Positions 8,777-19,857 are shown, counted from the first letter of the stretch. The stretch is DNA of 64,000 nt from an uncultured Clostridia bacterium (GCA_934255135.1 CAKQMV010000008.1:1-64000); one strand, 5' to 3'. Numbers and translations are program-made. Notes: a model not told the origin generated them from the letters alone.

Positions 8777-11700
8777 TTATTCCGATCTCAACGCTTCCAC
8801 AGGATCTTTCTTAGCTGCCATCTTTGATGGGATAAGTCCTGCTATGAATGTCAGCAGCACACTTATCGCTATAAGTATGATTCCAGCGATAACTGGGAGC
8901 TTGGCCTTAAGTGCGGCTATTCCGGTAACCTTCAGGAATACTACATTTATAGGTATGAGAAGGAGCAGGGTGATAATAACTCCCATCAATCCTGCACCAA
9001 GCCCAACCACGATGGTCTCTGAGTTAAATACTCTTGAGATATCTTTCTTTGAAGCTCCGATTGCTCTGAGGATTCCAATTTCTTTGGTTCTTTCGAGAAC
9101 TGAGATATATGTGATGATTCCAATCATAATCGAAGATACGATAAGCGAAATCGCTACAAAGGCTATAAGTACATAGCTTACAGCATTTGTAATTGTCTTT
9201 ACAGACTTGATCATAACACCTGTCACATCGGTGTAGCTTATGACACTTTCTTCCTTATCCTGCTTCTTCATGCTGTCATTGTACTTCTCAATGAAGTCAA
9301 GGAACTCTTCTTTGGCCTGGAAGTCCTTCAGGTAGAAGGAAATCGAAGATGGCCTGTCATAATCAGCATAGCCGAGCTTATTAAGGTTAGTATCAAGCGT
9401 TGTCAGAGTGTTTCCTGATGAAAGCGTCTGCACAAGCTGAGTGATATCATCGTCTGACATGTTGAACTTAAAGGCTGATGCTATAGCATTCTGATCAACA
9501 TTGAAGGCTGAAGCCATAGTTTTGGTAACCTCGCCTGTGAGCTTGCCGACATCTGTCAGAATAGTAGCTTTCATTACAACCTCAGTCAGAGTCTGAGCCA
9601 TCTTATCGATGCCAGCTTTGACATCATCATTTCCAAGGTATCCAGCTTCAGCGCTCTTAAGCATATCGCAGGTTACAGTGCCGCCTGTCTGTGATGCAAG
9701 CTGCTTAAGCACAGCACTGTAGCCCGAAACAACGGGATTTAGCATCTGTGAGCACGCATTTGGAGCCACAAGACCGCTGGTCAGCTTGGAGATCCTCTGG
9801 CATGCGGAAGAATACGAGTCAGAAGAGAGCACCTTTGCAGTCGCTTTGTCTATATCATTATCTGTTAGAGTAAAGCTCTCGGAACCGTCTCCAGATGAGG
9901 CAAGTTCAGATGTAATCTGTCCGCAGAGATCTTCAAGGGCACCTGATATTTCCTTCTTGTACGATGTCGTGTCTGCCGTGATGCTTCCTTCAATCTTTGA
10001 AGAATACTTCTTCAGAATGTTACGCATGTCCTGCTCGGAAACCTTGCCGCCAAAAGCACTCGCGAGTTTATTCTCATCTATCGAAATCAAGCTGTCAAAA
10101 CCGAGTGACTCCTGGTTCTCATCCTCCTGCAGAGACTTGAAGGTCTTGCCACTGAAGACGTCGACGTTCTTATTCGCAAGCTGCTTCTTTACAATATCAG
10201 ATTTTGCAGAGCTGTCGATTACGTGGTCAACAAGTGATGGAAGGTAGCCGATTCCCGGATTTACCATGCCGCCAGCGTTATCCTTGTTAGGGTAGGCGAT
10301 GCAGGTAATCTTCATCCTCTCGCCATTTCTTACAAGCTTCTTCATGTATGACTTGTCGTTTTGCTTGCTCTTGAACACGTCGTAGCTGCTGTCATATTCA
10401 TAATAGTCGCACGCATTGACGAGAGAGAACTCAAGCTCGGCAAGATCCTCATACGTCCATTCGAGCGGCTTTCCTGCCTTGAAATCGATGCTTTTGCCCG
10501 ACATGAGATCGGTCATGACCTTAGACATCTCTTCAGGGTCGCGGAGTCCGAGGCTGTAAGCCATATAGTCGTTCATCGAATTCTTGCTGTCGAGCACAAG
10601 AACCATCTCGTTATACTTCTCAGGCCATTTTCCGTAAGCGACAGTGTACTTATCCTTCTCCTGATCCGCATTGTCAGAAAGCTTAAAGAATATGTCACTC
10701 GAGCCACCCATCATCGATCCCATTGAAGAATTCATAAGGAAAGACGGGTTAACCTGAAGCGCGCCGTACTTAGTGCTCGCTGAATAAATCTGCGGAACAA
10801 TGCCGTAGTTATACACTACATCATTAAAATACGAATCTATCTTTTTATTGTTCTTCTCAACATACTTCTTAAATGATGCGAGGTCGTTACTTCCGATATT
10901 CGCAAACATCTGCGCCATCATCTGGTTCTCCTTGACCTTGCCCTTTGAAGCAGACTCATCATCATCCTTGCTCGCTGCAAAAGATGTGAGAAGAGATGAC
11001 ATATCAGCCGTATCCTTCTGTATCACGAAAGGGTACGATGAAAGCGTATCGTTCTCAATCTTATCTATGTAGTTCTGAAATCCCGTGGAAACCGAGAGAA
11101 TCAGGGCGATTCCGATAATTCCGATGCTGCCGGCAAAAGCAGTCAGGATCGTACGCGCCTTCTTCGTCATCAGGTTGTTAAAGGAGAGTCCAAGCGCAGT
11201 GCCAAAACCCATGGATTTATTCTTAAGTCCCGCCTTCCCGTGAATAAGGAATGATTTATCGCCTGTATATGGATTGCTATCTCCAGTAACAAGCCCGTCC
11301 TTAAGCTTGATGATTCTGCTTGAGTAACGCTCTGCAAGCTCAGGATTGTGAGTTACCATAATAACCAGCCTGTCAGATGCGATGGACTTAAGGATATCCA
11401 TTATCTGAACACTCGTCTCGGTGTCAAGGGCTCCGGTTGGTTCATCTGCTAGAAGTATGTCAGGATCGTTAATAAGAGCTCTTGCAATTGCAACTCTCTG
11501 CATCTGACCGCCTGACATCTGAGAAGGTCTCTTGTGAAGCTGATCACCGAGGCCTACCTCTGTAAGCACCTTGATTGCGCGCTCTCGTCTCTCCTCAGCT
11601 GAAACTCCGGAAAGGGTGAGGGCAAGCTCAACATTCGACAGGACGCTCTGATGAGGAATCAGGTTGTAGCTCTGGAAGACAAAGCCTATGGAATTGTTCC

Positions 11701-11941
11701 TGTAGGCATCCCAGTCCGCATCCTTGTAATCCCTGGTGCTCACTCCGTTGATGATAAGGTCACCGCTCGTATAATGATCAAGACCACCCATTATGTTAAG
11801 AAGGGTGGTCTTGCCACATCCAGAGGATCCGAGAATTGAAACAAACTCATGCTCTCTGAAAGCAATGTCCACACCCTTAAGGGCGTGGACACTCTCTCCT
11901 CCGGTCTCATATGTCTTTGTAATGTTTCTTAGTTCTAACAT
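8777..11941 (-). CDS. Fused ABC transporter ATP-binding/permease protein of the MacB/FtsX type, with a very large extracytoplasmic domain
   Basis: N-terminal Walker A (GSSGCGKTT), signature (LSGGQMQRVAIARAL) and Walker B (LLADEPTGALD). This is followed by a TM helix, a roughly 550-aa Ser/Asp/Lys-rich extracellular region, and a C-terminal FtsX-like 3-TM bundle. Confidence 0.8.
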   Translation of the reverse strand: MLELRNITKTYETGGESVHALKGVDIAFREHEFVSILGSSGCGKTTLLNIMGGLDHYTSGDLIINGVSTRDYKDADWDAYRNNSIGFVFQSYNLIPHQSVLSNVELALTLSGVSAEERRERAIKVLTEVGLGDQLHKRPSQMSGGQMQRVAIARALINDPDILLADEPTGALDTETSVQIMDILKSIASDRLVIMVTHNPELAERYSSRIIKLKDGLVTGDSNPYTGDKSFLIHGKAGLKNKSMGFGTALGLSFNNLMTKKARTILTAFAGSIGIIGIALILSVSTGFQNYIDKIENDTLSSYPFVIQKDTADMSSLLTSFAASKDDDESASKGKVKENQMMAQMFANIGSNDLASFKKYVEKNNKKIDSYFNDVVYNYGIVPQIYSASTKYGALQVNPSFLMNSSMGSMMGGSSDIFFKLSDNADQEKDKYTVAYGKWPEKYNEMVLVLDSKNSMNDYMAYSLGLRDPEEMSKVMTDLMSGKSIDFKAGKPLEWTYEDLAELEFSLVNACDYYEYDSSYDVFKSKQNDKSYMKKLVRNGERMKITCIAYPNKDNAGGMVNPGIGYLPSLVDHVIDSSAKSDIVKKQLANKNVDVFSGKTFKSLQEDENQESLGFDSLISIDENKLASAFGGKVSEQDMRNILKKYSSKIEGSITADTTSYKKEISGALEDLCGQITSELASSGDGSESFTLTDNDIDKATAKVLSSDSYSSACQRISKLTSGLVAPNACSQMLNPVVSGYSAVLKQLASQTGGTVTCDMLKSAEAGYLGNDDVKAGIDKMAQTLTEVVMKATILTDVGKLTGEVTKTMASAFNVDQNAIASAFKFNMSDDDITQLVQTLSSGNTLTTLDTNLNKLGYADYDRPSSISFYLKDFQAKEEFLDFIEKYNDSMKKQDKEESVISYTDVTGVMIKSVKTITNAVSYVLIAFVAISLIVSSIMIGIITYISVLERTKEIGILRAIGASKKDISRVFNSETIVVGLGAGLMGVIITLLLLIPINVVFLKVTGIAALKAKLPVIAGIILIAISVLLTFIAGLIPSKMAAKKDPVEALRSE

Positions 11942-11965
11942 AGTCGTACCCGTAAAAATTTTAAA

Positions 11966-13719
11966 CTAGAACTTGAATGCTGCGCTGTAGCGCATGAATT
12001 CTCTGTTGAAATGCTCGTCGTGCTTCTCCTTGAGCTCGTGCTGTGTTAGCTCCTGATCGTACTCTGTTTCAAGAATTGCAACACCGATATTGCTGCAGTG
12101 ATCGGCAACTCTCTCATAGTCTGTGATCAGATCATTAAATACGAAGCCGTTCTCAAGTGTGCAGGTGTTGGTCTGAAGACGCATAACGTGATTGTACTTC
12201 ATTGTGTCACACAGATTGTCGATTACTTCCTCAAGCGGCTCGATGTTTCTTGCCATCTCGATATCGTCATTTAAGAAGGCGTCAATCGCAAGATTGATAA
12301 TCTCCTTGATAGCTGACTCAAGAACATGAAGCTCGTGTGTAGCCTCAACAGAGAAAATGATATTCTTATCTGCAATCTCTGTTGCCGACTCTCCAACGTT
12401 GTCCGCGTGATCTGAAATTCTCTCAAGGTCAGAAAGAGTGTGAAGATATCTTGCAACATCCTGTGTCTGCTCTTCATTAAGTGCGGATGCTGTAACCTTC
12501 ATAAGATACTGTCCGAGCTTATCCTCGTACCTGTCGATTACACTCTCAAGCTCAGTAACACGTGCAATCTGCTTAGGTGAATAGTTCTTTCTTACTTCGA
12601 TTGCGTCAAAAATATTCTCTCTTGTCTTATCCGCCATTGATCCGATTACGAGTCTGCTCTGCTCAAGTGCGAGGGCAGGGTGGGCCAAAAATCTTGACTC
12701 AAGTCTCTCGAAATCCGCCTGCTCGGCAAGTGCTGTCGGATCATCCGGGAACATTCTTGCAACAAGCTTATCTAGAAGTCCAATGAACGGTGTCAGAATT
12801 ACGATTGTAACAAATCTGTAGGCAGTGTTAACAAATGCAATGCCTACCATATCCATTGTTCTGTCAACAAAGCTGAAATCTACAAATGCGCTTACTGTAT
12901 AGAAAATGCCTCCGCAGATAACCGCTCCGAGTGCATCGATAAGCAGGTATACAAAGGCAGTCTTTCTCGCATTAAGATTTGCTCCGAGTGCTGAAAGGAG
13001 TACAGGAACAGAAGCTCCGATACCGATACCGAGAAGTACAGGGAATGCAATATTAAATGTGATTGCTCCAGTAACTGCAAGAGCCTGCAGGATACCTACA
13101 GCTGCACTCGCACTCTGAAGAATTGCAGTAAATGCAAGTCCTACAAGAATTCCTACAAAAGGATTAGAGAACTTAGTCAGAAGACCGATAAACTCCGGAC
13201 TCTCCTTAAGTGGTGATACTGCACTTGACATTGCAGTCATTCCGTACATAAGTACTGCAAATCCAAGTAGAATCTCTCCAACATACTTGGTTGAAACCTT
13301 CTTCGCTGCCATTCTCATAACGATACCGATCACGGCAAGCACACCTGTAAGTACAGCTGTGCTGAACAGTGCTGCGATGCTCGCACCAGATCCGGAAAGA
13401 TTGTTCAGACAGAGAATCCATCCTGTGATTGATGTTCCGAAGATAGCTCCCATTATGATACCGATGGCCTGCTTAACCTTCATCATTCCAGAGTTAACAA
13501 AACCAACTACCATAACTGAAGTCGCTGAAGAAGACTGGATAACGGCTGTAACACCAGTACCCAGAAGAATACCCTTGATTGGAGTGCTTGAGAGCTTGTA
13601 TAGAATAACTTCAAGCTTGTTTCCTGCAACCTTCTTAAGAGAATCACCCATTACTGACATTCCGAACAGGAACAGAGCAACTCCTCCAAGAAGGGAAACA
13701 ATATTAGTAAAATCCATTT
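11966..13719 (-). CDS. Na+/Pi cotransporter family protein (NptA/YjbB-like) with C-terminal PhoU-like domains
   Basis: Duplicated QSSSA motifs (VIQSSSATSVMVV and ILQSASAAVGIL) with C-terminal PhoU-like helices. The likely start is MDFTNIV at 13719 (RBS AGAGGT); the six-frame ORF extends to 13804. Confidence 0.75.
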
Positions 13720-13811
13720 CCGTGTAACCTCTGCTTTGTAGAATTAATAACAGAATTATTCTTACAATAAGAAAGCATGCCGCAATAAGCGACATGCTCT
13801 TCAATAGTTAA

Positions 13812-14222
13812 TTACTCAACGTTAACCTTGTCCCAGGTCTTGATAATCTTATCAAGTGACTTCTTGTCAGTTCCGTTCTTCTTAAGCTGCTTGATGAACA
13901 TGTCTCTTGGCATTCCCATCTTCTTATAAGCAGTAACGAACTTCTTCTGCCAGTCGTTCATGTAGTAGAAGATTCCGCATGCGTATGCAACGATAAGAAT
14001 CAGTGAAACGAAAATACACTTCCAGCTGATTGCAAAACATGCTGCGAATGAAAGAACTACCCATACAACAAGAAGGATTCTGCTAACCTTAGTCAGCTTA
14101 GCGTAATCGATTGGCTTAGGAATCTCAATGTTCTGTGCCTTCATCTGCTGCTTCTGTAGATTCTTCTGATAACCACCTGAAGGTCTGTTGTACATCGGTG
14201 GTCTCTGCTTACCCTTACCCAT
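13812..14222 (-). CDS. Small membrane protein (2 TM helices, basic N-terminus). First gene of the minus-strand transporter operon.
   Basis: 136-aa ORF with two hydrophobic helices. It lies 7 bp upstream of the Na/Pi cotransporter gene. Confidence 0.5.
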   Translation of the reverse strand: MGKGKQRPPMYNRPSGGYQKNLQKQQMKAQNIEIPKPIDYAKLTKVSRILLVVWVVLSFAACFAISWKCIFVSLILIVAYACGIFYYMNDWQKKFVTAYKKMGMPRDMFIKQLKKNGTDKKSLDKIIKTWDKVNVE

Positions 14223-14403
14223 AAATAATTTCCTCTTTCTATAATAAATTTAAATTGTTTACAAAAAATTCCATCTAATTATAACATTAGTTATGGTGGT
14301 TGTGTAGATGATTTTGTACTTTTTAATTGGATAAATATTACCTATTTAATGGTATAATTATGCAACTAAATGTAATGTTTTAAGGAGAGAGTTTTAACTT
14401 ATA

Positions 14404-16581
14404 ATGGAAATTAATAAACTGCTTGCAGCAGAGCTTGGACTTAAGGAGTCACAGGTTCAGAAGACAATTGAACTTATAGATGAAGGAAACACAATTCCTT
14501 TTATTTCAAGATACAGAAAGGAAGTAACAGGCGGCCTTTCAGACGAGGTTCTAAGAGCCCTCGATGAGAGACTTACATACCTTCGCAATCTCGAGGAGAG
14601 AAAGGCTGAGGTAATAAGACTTATCGATGAGCAGGGCAAGCTTACCTCAGAGCTTAGAGATGCTATCGAGCAGGCTGATGTTCTTCAGAGAGTTGAGGAT
14701 ATCTACAAGCCTTTCAAGAAGAAGAGAGCAACACGTGCATCTAAGGCAAGGGAGAGAGGCCTTGAACCTCTGGCAATGACTATCCTTGAGCAGAAGCTTG
14801 AGAGCGGATCACCTGAGGATGCAGCAGCTCCATATATAGATAAAGAGAAGGAAGTACCTGATGCGGCTACAGCTATAGCAGGTGCATGCGATATCATCGC
14901 TGAGATGATAAGTGATGATGCGGACCTTATCGGAGATATCAGAGAGGCGACATCTAAGAATTCAAACCTTATCACAGCAGCAACAGATCCATCAGCAGAG
15001 TCTCCATATGAGATGTATTACGACTCGCAGGAGGGCGTATCTAAGATTCCTAACCACAGAGTTCTGGCAATAAACAGAGCTGAGAAGGAGAAGTTTATCA
15101 CAGTTAAGCTTGTTACTGACGAAGAGGCAATGCACAGAAGAATGGGCAAGCGTTATGTAACTAATAAGAGAAGCATCTTTAATGGTCTTATGGAGAGCAC
15201 TATCGATGATTCTTATAAGAGACTTATCTTCCCTTCAATAGACAGAGAGATTCGCGGAATGCTTACGGAGCGCGCCGAAGAGGAAGCTATTAAGGTTTTT
15301 GCATCCAACACAAGAAGTCTTCTGATGGTGCCACCTGTTAAGGGGGCAAGAATCATCAGTATCGACCCTGGATACAGAACCGGCTGCAAGGTTGCAGTTC
15401 TTAACGAATACGGCAAGCTGCTTGCTTATACAACAATTTATCCTACTGCACCTAAGAACGATGTCGAGGGTACTGAGAGGGTTCTGACTAAGCTTGCGGA
15501 CAAGTACAAGATAAACACTATCGTTGTCGGAAACGGCACAGCTTCAAGAGAGACCGAGGAGGTCGTTGCAGGCTGGATCAGAAAATCGGGCAAGGATATC
15601 AGATACACAATCGTTAACGAGGCGGGCGCATCTGTATATTCTGCTTCGAAGCTTGCAAGTGAGGAATATCCGGACCTTGATGTAACAACAAGGGGTGCGA
15701 TGTCTCTTGGAAGAAGACTTCAGGATCCACTGGCAGAGCTTGTCAAGATTGATCCTAAGAGTATCGGCGTTGGTCAGTACCAGCACGATATGAACCAGAC
15801 GAAGCTTAATCAGGCACTAGGCAATGTCGTAGAGGACTGCGTTAACAGCGTAGGAGTGGACCTGAACACCGCGAGCGCATCGCTTTTGGCCTACGTTTCT
15901 GGAATAAGCCAGGCGGTAGCGAAGAACATCGTCGCATACAGAGAAGAGAATGGCGTGTTCACAAGCAGGAAGGAGCTTCTTAAGGTATCGAAGCTCGGAC
16001 CTAAGGCATTTACTCAGTGTGCAGGATTTCTGAGAATCAGCGGTGGCACGAATCCGCTCGATGCGACTTCCGTTCACCCTGAGTCATACGACATCGCAGC
16101 TGCAATTCTTAAGAAGGCAGGACTTAGCCTTTCAGAGATCGGCGGCGGAGTTACAGATATTGAAGAGAAGCTGGCTGCTTCGATGGGCGGCAAGCTTAAT
16201 ATAAAGAAGCTTTCTGAAGAGCTGGGAGTCGGTGCGATGACTCTTTCCGATATTATCTCGGAGATCAGAAAGCCTGCTAGAGACCCAAGAGAAGACGCTC
16301 CGGCAGTAGTCTTCCGTAATGATGTAAGAAGCTTTGATGACCTCGAGGAGGGAATGGAGCTTACAGGAACGGTTCGTAATGTAGTAGACTTCGGAGCTTT
16401 TGTCGATATCGGAGTTAAGAACGACGGACTGGTTCACATTTCACAGATTTCAGACAGATACATCAAGCATCCGATGGATGCGGTTTCTGTTGGAGATACC
16501 GTTAATGTTAAGATCATTTCTATAGATAGAGCAAAACAGAGAGTTGGACTCACGATGAAAGGAATGAAGAACAGGAGGTAA
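14404..16581 (+). CDS. tex: Tex-like transcription accessory protein (YqgF/RuvC-like, HhH and S1 domains)
   Basis: 725-aa protein with a Tex-like N-terminus (TIPFISRYRKEVTGGL) and a C-terminal S1 domain (GTVRNVVDFGAFVDIG). Confidence 0.85.
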   Translation: MEINKLLAAELGLKESQVQKTIELIDEGNTIPFISRYRKEVTGGLSDEVLRALDERLTYLRNLEERKAEVIRLIDEQGKLTSELRDAIEQADVLQRVEDIYKPFKKKRATRASKARERGLEPLAMTILEQKLESGSPEDAAAPYIDKEKEVPDAATAIAGACDIIAEMISDDADLIGDIREATSKNSNLITAATDPSAESPYEMYYDSQEGVSKIPNHRVLAINRAEKEKFITVKLVTDEEAMHRRMGKRYVTNKRSIFNGLMESTIDDSYKRLIFPSIDREIRGMLTERAEEEAIKVFASNTRSLLMVPPVKGARIISIDPGYRTGCKVAVLNEYGKLLAYTTIYPTAPKNDVEGTERVLTKLADKYKINTIVVGNGTASRETEEVVAGWIRKSGKDIRYTIVNEAGASVYSASKLASEEYPDLDVTTRGAMSLGRRLQDPLAELVKIDPKSIGVGQYQHDMNQTKLNQALGNVVEDCVNSVGVDLNTASASLLAYVSGISQAVAKNIVAYREENGVFTSRKELLKVSKLGPKAFTQCAGFLRISGGTNPLDATSVHPESYDIAAAILKKAGLSLSEIGGGVTDIEEKLAASMGGKLNIKKLSEELGVGAMTLSDIISEIRKPARDPREDAPAVVFRNDVRSFDDLEEGMELTGTVRNVVDFGAFVDIGVKNDGLVHISQISDRYIKHPMDAVSVGDTVNVKIISIDRAKQRVGLTMKGMKNRR

Positions 16582-16584
16582 GCT

Positions 16585-17727
16585 ATGGGACTTATTAAAG
16601 CAGTAGTTGCAGCAGGCGGAAGCGTGCTCGCGGATCAATGGAAGGAGCTGTTCTATACAGATTCACTCGACAAGGACACTCTGATGGTAAGAGGTAAGAA
16701 GAAGACAAGCGGTAAGTCTTCAAACCACGGTAATGACAATATCATTACTAACGGTTCAGGCCTCCTCGTTAACGATGGTCAGTGCGCTATCATCGTAGAT
16801 CAGGGTGAGATTGCAGAGGTTTGTGCAGAGCCTGGCTACTACACTTATGACCAGTCAACAGAGCCTACAATTTTCAACGGCGATCTTGGCAAGGGCATTA
16901 AGGACTCATTTGAGAGATTCAAGGTTCGTTTCACTTATGGTGGCGATACTGGTAAGGATCAGAGAATTTATTTCTTCAACACTAAGGAAATTATCGACAA
17001 TAAGTTCGGAACCCCTAATCCTATCATGTACAGGGTTGTGGACAATTCAATCGGACTTGATATTGATGCATCATTAAAGTGCAGCGGTGTCTATTCATTT
17101 AAGATTGCAGACCCTATTATTTTCTATAAGAACGTAGTGGGTAATGTGACTTCTGAGTACACCAAGGAGGAGATTGAAGAGCAGCTTAAGGCAGAGTTCA
17201 TTCAGTCACTTTCACCTGCAATTTCAAGACTGAGCACACTTGAGCTCAGACCAAGCGAGCTTCCAGGACACGTTAAGGAGCTTGCAGATTACTTAAACGA
17301 GGATCTTTCAACTCTATGGGGAGAGAACAGAGGTCTTAAGGTTCAGAACGTTGCCATCAGCACTCTCACAGTACCTGAAGATATTCAGGAGGAGATCCGT
17401 GCTGCTCAGAAGGCAAAGCTCAATCGTACTGCTGGAATGGCAGCTGCTCAGACAGCTGCGGCTTACCAGGATGCTATGAGAGGCGCAGCAACAAACGAAG
17501 GTGGAGCTGCGGGTGCTTTTGTTGGCATGGGTATGGCTCAGGGAATGGGCGGACAGGCTACAGCTAATTTGTTTGAGATGGCACAGAATGAGCAGGGTGC
17601 TACTGGTGCAGCACCTGCAGATGCTGGAGCTGCCGCAGCAGGCGAGACTCCTAAGTTCTGTCCTGAGTGCGGAACTAAGCTGACACCTGGAACTAAGTTC
17701 TGTCCTGAGTGTGGCAAGAAGCTTTAA
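16585..17727 (+). CDS. SPFH/band-7-like protein of the YdjI type, with a Gly/Ala/Met-rich linker and a C-terminal double CPECG zinc ribbon
   Basis: The architecture matches what I recall of B. subtilis YdjI: a globular domain, a low-complexity AQGMGGQ linker, and a KFCPECGTKLTPGTKFCPECGKKL zinc ribbon. Confidence 0.55.
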   Translation: MGLIKAVVAAGGSVLADQWKELFYTDSLDKDTLMVRGKKKTSGKSSNHGNDNIITNGSGLLVNDGQCAIIVDQGEIAEVCAEPGYYTYDQSTEPTIFNGDLGKGIKDSFERFKVRFTYGGDTGKDQRIYFFNTKEIIDNKFGTPNPIMYRVVDNSIGLDIDASLKCSGVYSFKIADPIIFYKNVVGNVTSEYTKEEIEEQLKAEFIQSLSPAISRLSTLELRPSELPGHVKELADYLNEDLSTLWGENRGLKVQNVAISTLTVPEDIQEEIRAAQKAKLNRTAGMAAAQTAAAYQDAMRGAATNEGGAAGAFVGMGMAQGMGGQATANLFEMAQNEQGATGAAPADAGAAAAGETPKFCPECGTKLTPGTKFCPECGKKL

Positions 17728-17741
17728 TAATATGTAATTTC

Positions 17742-17777
17742 AGACGCGAAGCCGGGACTGTGGCTTCGCGTGCTTTA
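17742..17777 (+). terminator. Intrinsic terminator after the SPFH gene
   Basis: Hairpin cgcgaagcc-gggactgt-ggcttcgcg followed by tgctttat. Confidence 0.55.
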
Positions 17778-17798
17778 TATTAAGAAGGGGGAGAGAAT

Positions 17799-18884
17799 AT
17801 GGCTGATTTATTGGAGTATAAATGCCCGAGCTGTGGAGGTACACTTAAGTTCGATGCCGGAACGCAGGAAATGAAGTGTCCTTACTGCGGATCAACCATA
17901 AATGTTGAGACGCTCGCTTCCATGGATGAGAATCTCGGAGTTAAAGAAGATTCTTTTGACTGGGTAAAGATGGCAGATAATCAGTGGGAGGAAGGCGAGG
18001 CAGATGCCATGAAGGTATATGTCTGCAATTCCTGCGGAGGAGAGATTGTCTGCGACGGAAGCGTTGCCGCAACCAAGTGTCCTTACTGCGACAGCCCTGT
18101 AGTAATGCAGGGAAATCTGGAGGGTAACCTGAAGCCTGATCTGGTGGTTCCTTTTAAGATAACCAAGAAGGAGGCTAAGGAACGCTATCTTAAACACCTT
18201 GAGGGCAAGATGTTCCTGCCTAAGGTCTTTAAGGATGAGAATCACATAGATGAGATGAAGTCCATTTATGTGCCTTTCTGGCTATTTGATTGTGACACTG
18301 ACGCATCGGCAACATACAGAGCCACTAAGACACAGATGTGGTCTGATAGTGATAATGATTATTTAAAGACTGACTATTACAAGGTTATCCGTGAAGGAAC
18401 TATGGAATTTGAGAATATTCCTGTTGACGGGTCTCTTGCTATGCCTGATGATCTGATGCAGTCAATCGAGCCGTATAAGATGGCTGAGGCTGTGGATTTT
18501 CAGACTGCATATCTATCAGGATATCTTGCTGAGAAGTACACGGTTACAGCTAAGGATTCAATAGATATAGCTAACGAGAGAGTAAGAAACAGTACTATTG
18601 ATGCTTTTCGTAAGACTGTTAAGGGTTATGTTTCTGTGGACAATACAAGCGTAAATGTAACCGTTAACAATGGAAGCTGCCGGTACGGATTACTCCCTGT
18701 ATGGATTATGAATACAACTTACAACAACGGGAAATATATTTTTGCCATTAACGGACAGACTGGAAAGACTGTAGGTAACCTGCCAATCGATAAGAAAGCG
18801 GCGAGAAGATATATGCTTAAGATTTCGGCGATTGCTACAGCTGTTGTTGCGGCTGCTGAATACATATTCCTGTTTGTATTATAG
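17799..18884 (+). CDS. Zinc-ribbon protein (YdjG-like) with a C-terminal TM anchor
   Basis: Two CPxCGG…CPYCxS zinc-ribbon pairs (CPSCGG/CPYCGS and CNSCGG/CPYCDS) and a terminal hydrophobic helix. Confidence 0.5.
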   Translation: MADLLEYKCPSCGGTLKFDAGTQEMKCPYCGSTINVETLASMDENLGVKEDSFDWVKMADNQWEEGEADAMKVYVCNSCGGEIVCDGSVAATKCPYCDSPVVMQGNLEGNLKPDLVVPFKITKKEAKERYLKHLEGKMFLPKVFKDENHIDEMKSIYVPFWLFDCDTDASATYRATKTQMWSDSDNDYLKTDYYKVIREGTMEFENIPVDGSLAMPDDLMQSIEPYKMAEAVDFQTAYLSGYLAEKYTVTAKDSIDIANERVRNSTIDAFRKTVKGYVSVDNTSVNVTVNNGSCRYGLLPVWIMNTTYNNGKYIFAINGQTGKTVGNLPIDKKAARRYMLKISAIATAVVAAAEYIFLFVL

Positions 18885-18898
18885 AGAGGAGACAAGAC

Positions 18899-19726
18899 AT
18901 GAAGAAATTAACTGGTATTGGCCTTAGCCTGATGCTCGTGCTGATGATGTGTCTGGCTTCTTTCACATCGGCATGGGCTGCTGAGAAGCCGAGATTGATA
19001 GATGATGCTGATCTTTTTACAGCGGAAGAGGAGAATTATCTTTCGATTCTGCTAGATAACTTCAGGGAGAAGAACGACTTCGATGTAGTTGTTATGACTA
19101 CTAAGGAGGGCCTTGAGAATCCTGAGCTTACTGAACGTGCAGACGATTACTACGACTACGAGGGCTACGGCTGCGGAGAGAATAATGATGGATGTCTGCT
19201 CCTTATAGATATGGGAAGCAGGGTGATGCACGTTTCAACTACTGGTTATGGAATCACTGTTCTTACCGATTATGGTATCGACAAGATGACAGATGACATA
19301 GCAGCGAAGCTTGGCGAGAAGGACTATGTAGGCGCTGTTTCGGATGCTTTCATGGAAGATCTTGAGATGATGTACAAGGCTGCCAAGGAAGGTGAGCCAT
19401 ACGATGTTCCAGATGCTTCGGTTGATCTCGATATCAAAGATCCTTCGACACATGTAGGAATCTTCCTGCTTGCACTTCCTTTTGGCCTGATTATCGGAGG
19501 AATCAAGACATTCCGTAAGAAGAGACAGCTGATTTCTGTAAAGAAGAAGAAAGCTGCTTCTGACTTTGTGAAGCCTGGAAGCTTAAACTTAAGAAGAGAG
19601 AACGATTATTTCCTCTACTCAACTGTTACTTCAACACCTAAGCCTAAGGACAATGATTCTGGCGGATCTTCAACACACGTAGGATCTTCCGGAACTACTC
19701 ACGGCGGAGGAAGCAAGAGCTTCTAG
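18899..19726 (+). CDS. TPM-domain (TLP18.3/Psb32/MOLO-1-like) secreted/membrane protein
   Basis: Signal peptide, then a DADLFTAEEENYLS TPM-like motif, a TM segment and a Gly/Ser-rich tail. Confidence 0.5.
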   Translation: MKKLTGIGLSLMLVLMMCLASFTSAWAAEKPRLIDDADLFTAEEENYLSILLDNFREKNDFDVVVMTTKEGLENPELTERADDYYDYEGYGCGENNDGCLLLIDMGSRVMHVSTTGYGITVLTDYGIDKMTDDIAAKLGEKDYVGAVSDAFMEDLEMMYKAAKEGEPYDVPDASVDLDIKDPSTHVGIFLLALPFGLIIGGIKTFRKKRQLISVKKKKAASDFVKPGSLNLRRENDYFLYSTVTSTPKPKDNDSGGSSTHVGSSGTTHGGGSKSF

Positions 19727-19857
19727 GACTTTATAGGAGAGAGGCTCTTAACCAAATCTTCACATTTCCCTCGAATTACTCGGAATTTCGTAAAGATATT
19801 AATTTGGAGAAATCAACGAAGAAATATGTGAATATTTTGTGTAATTTAATCATGATT

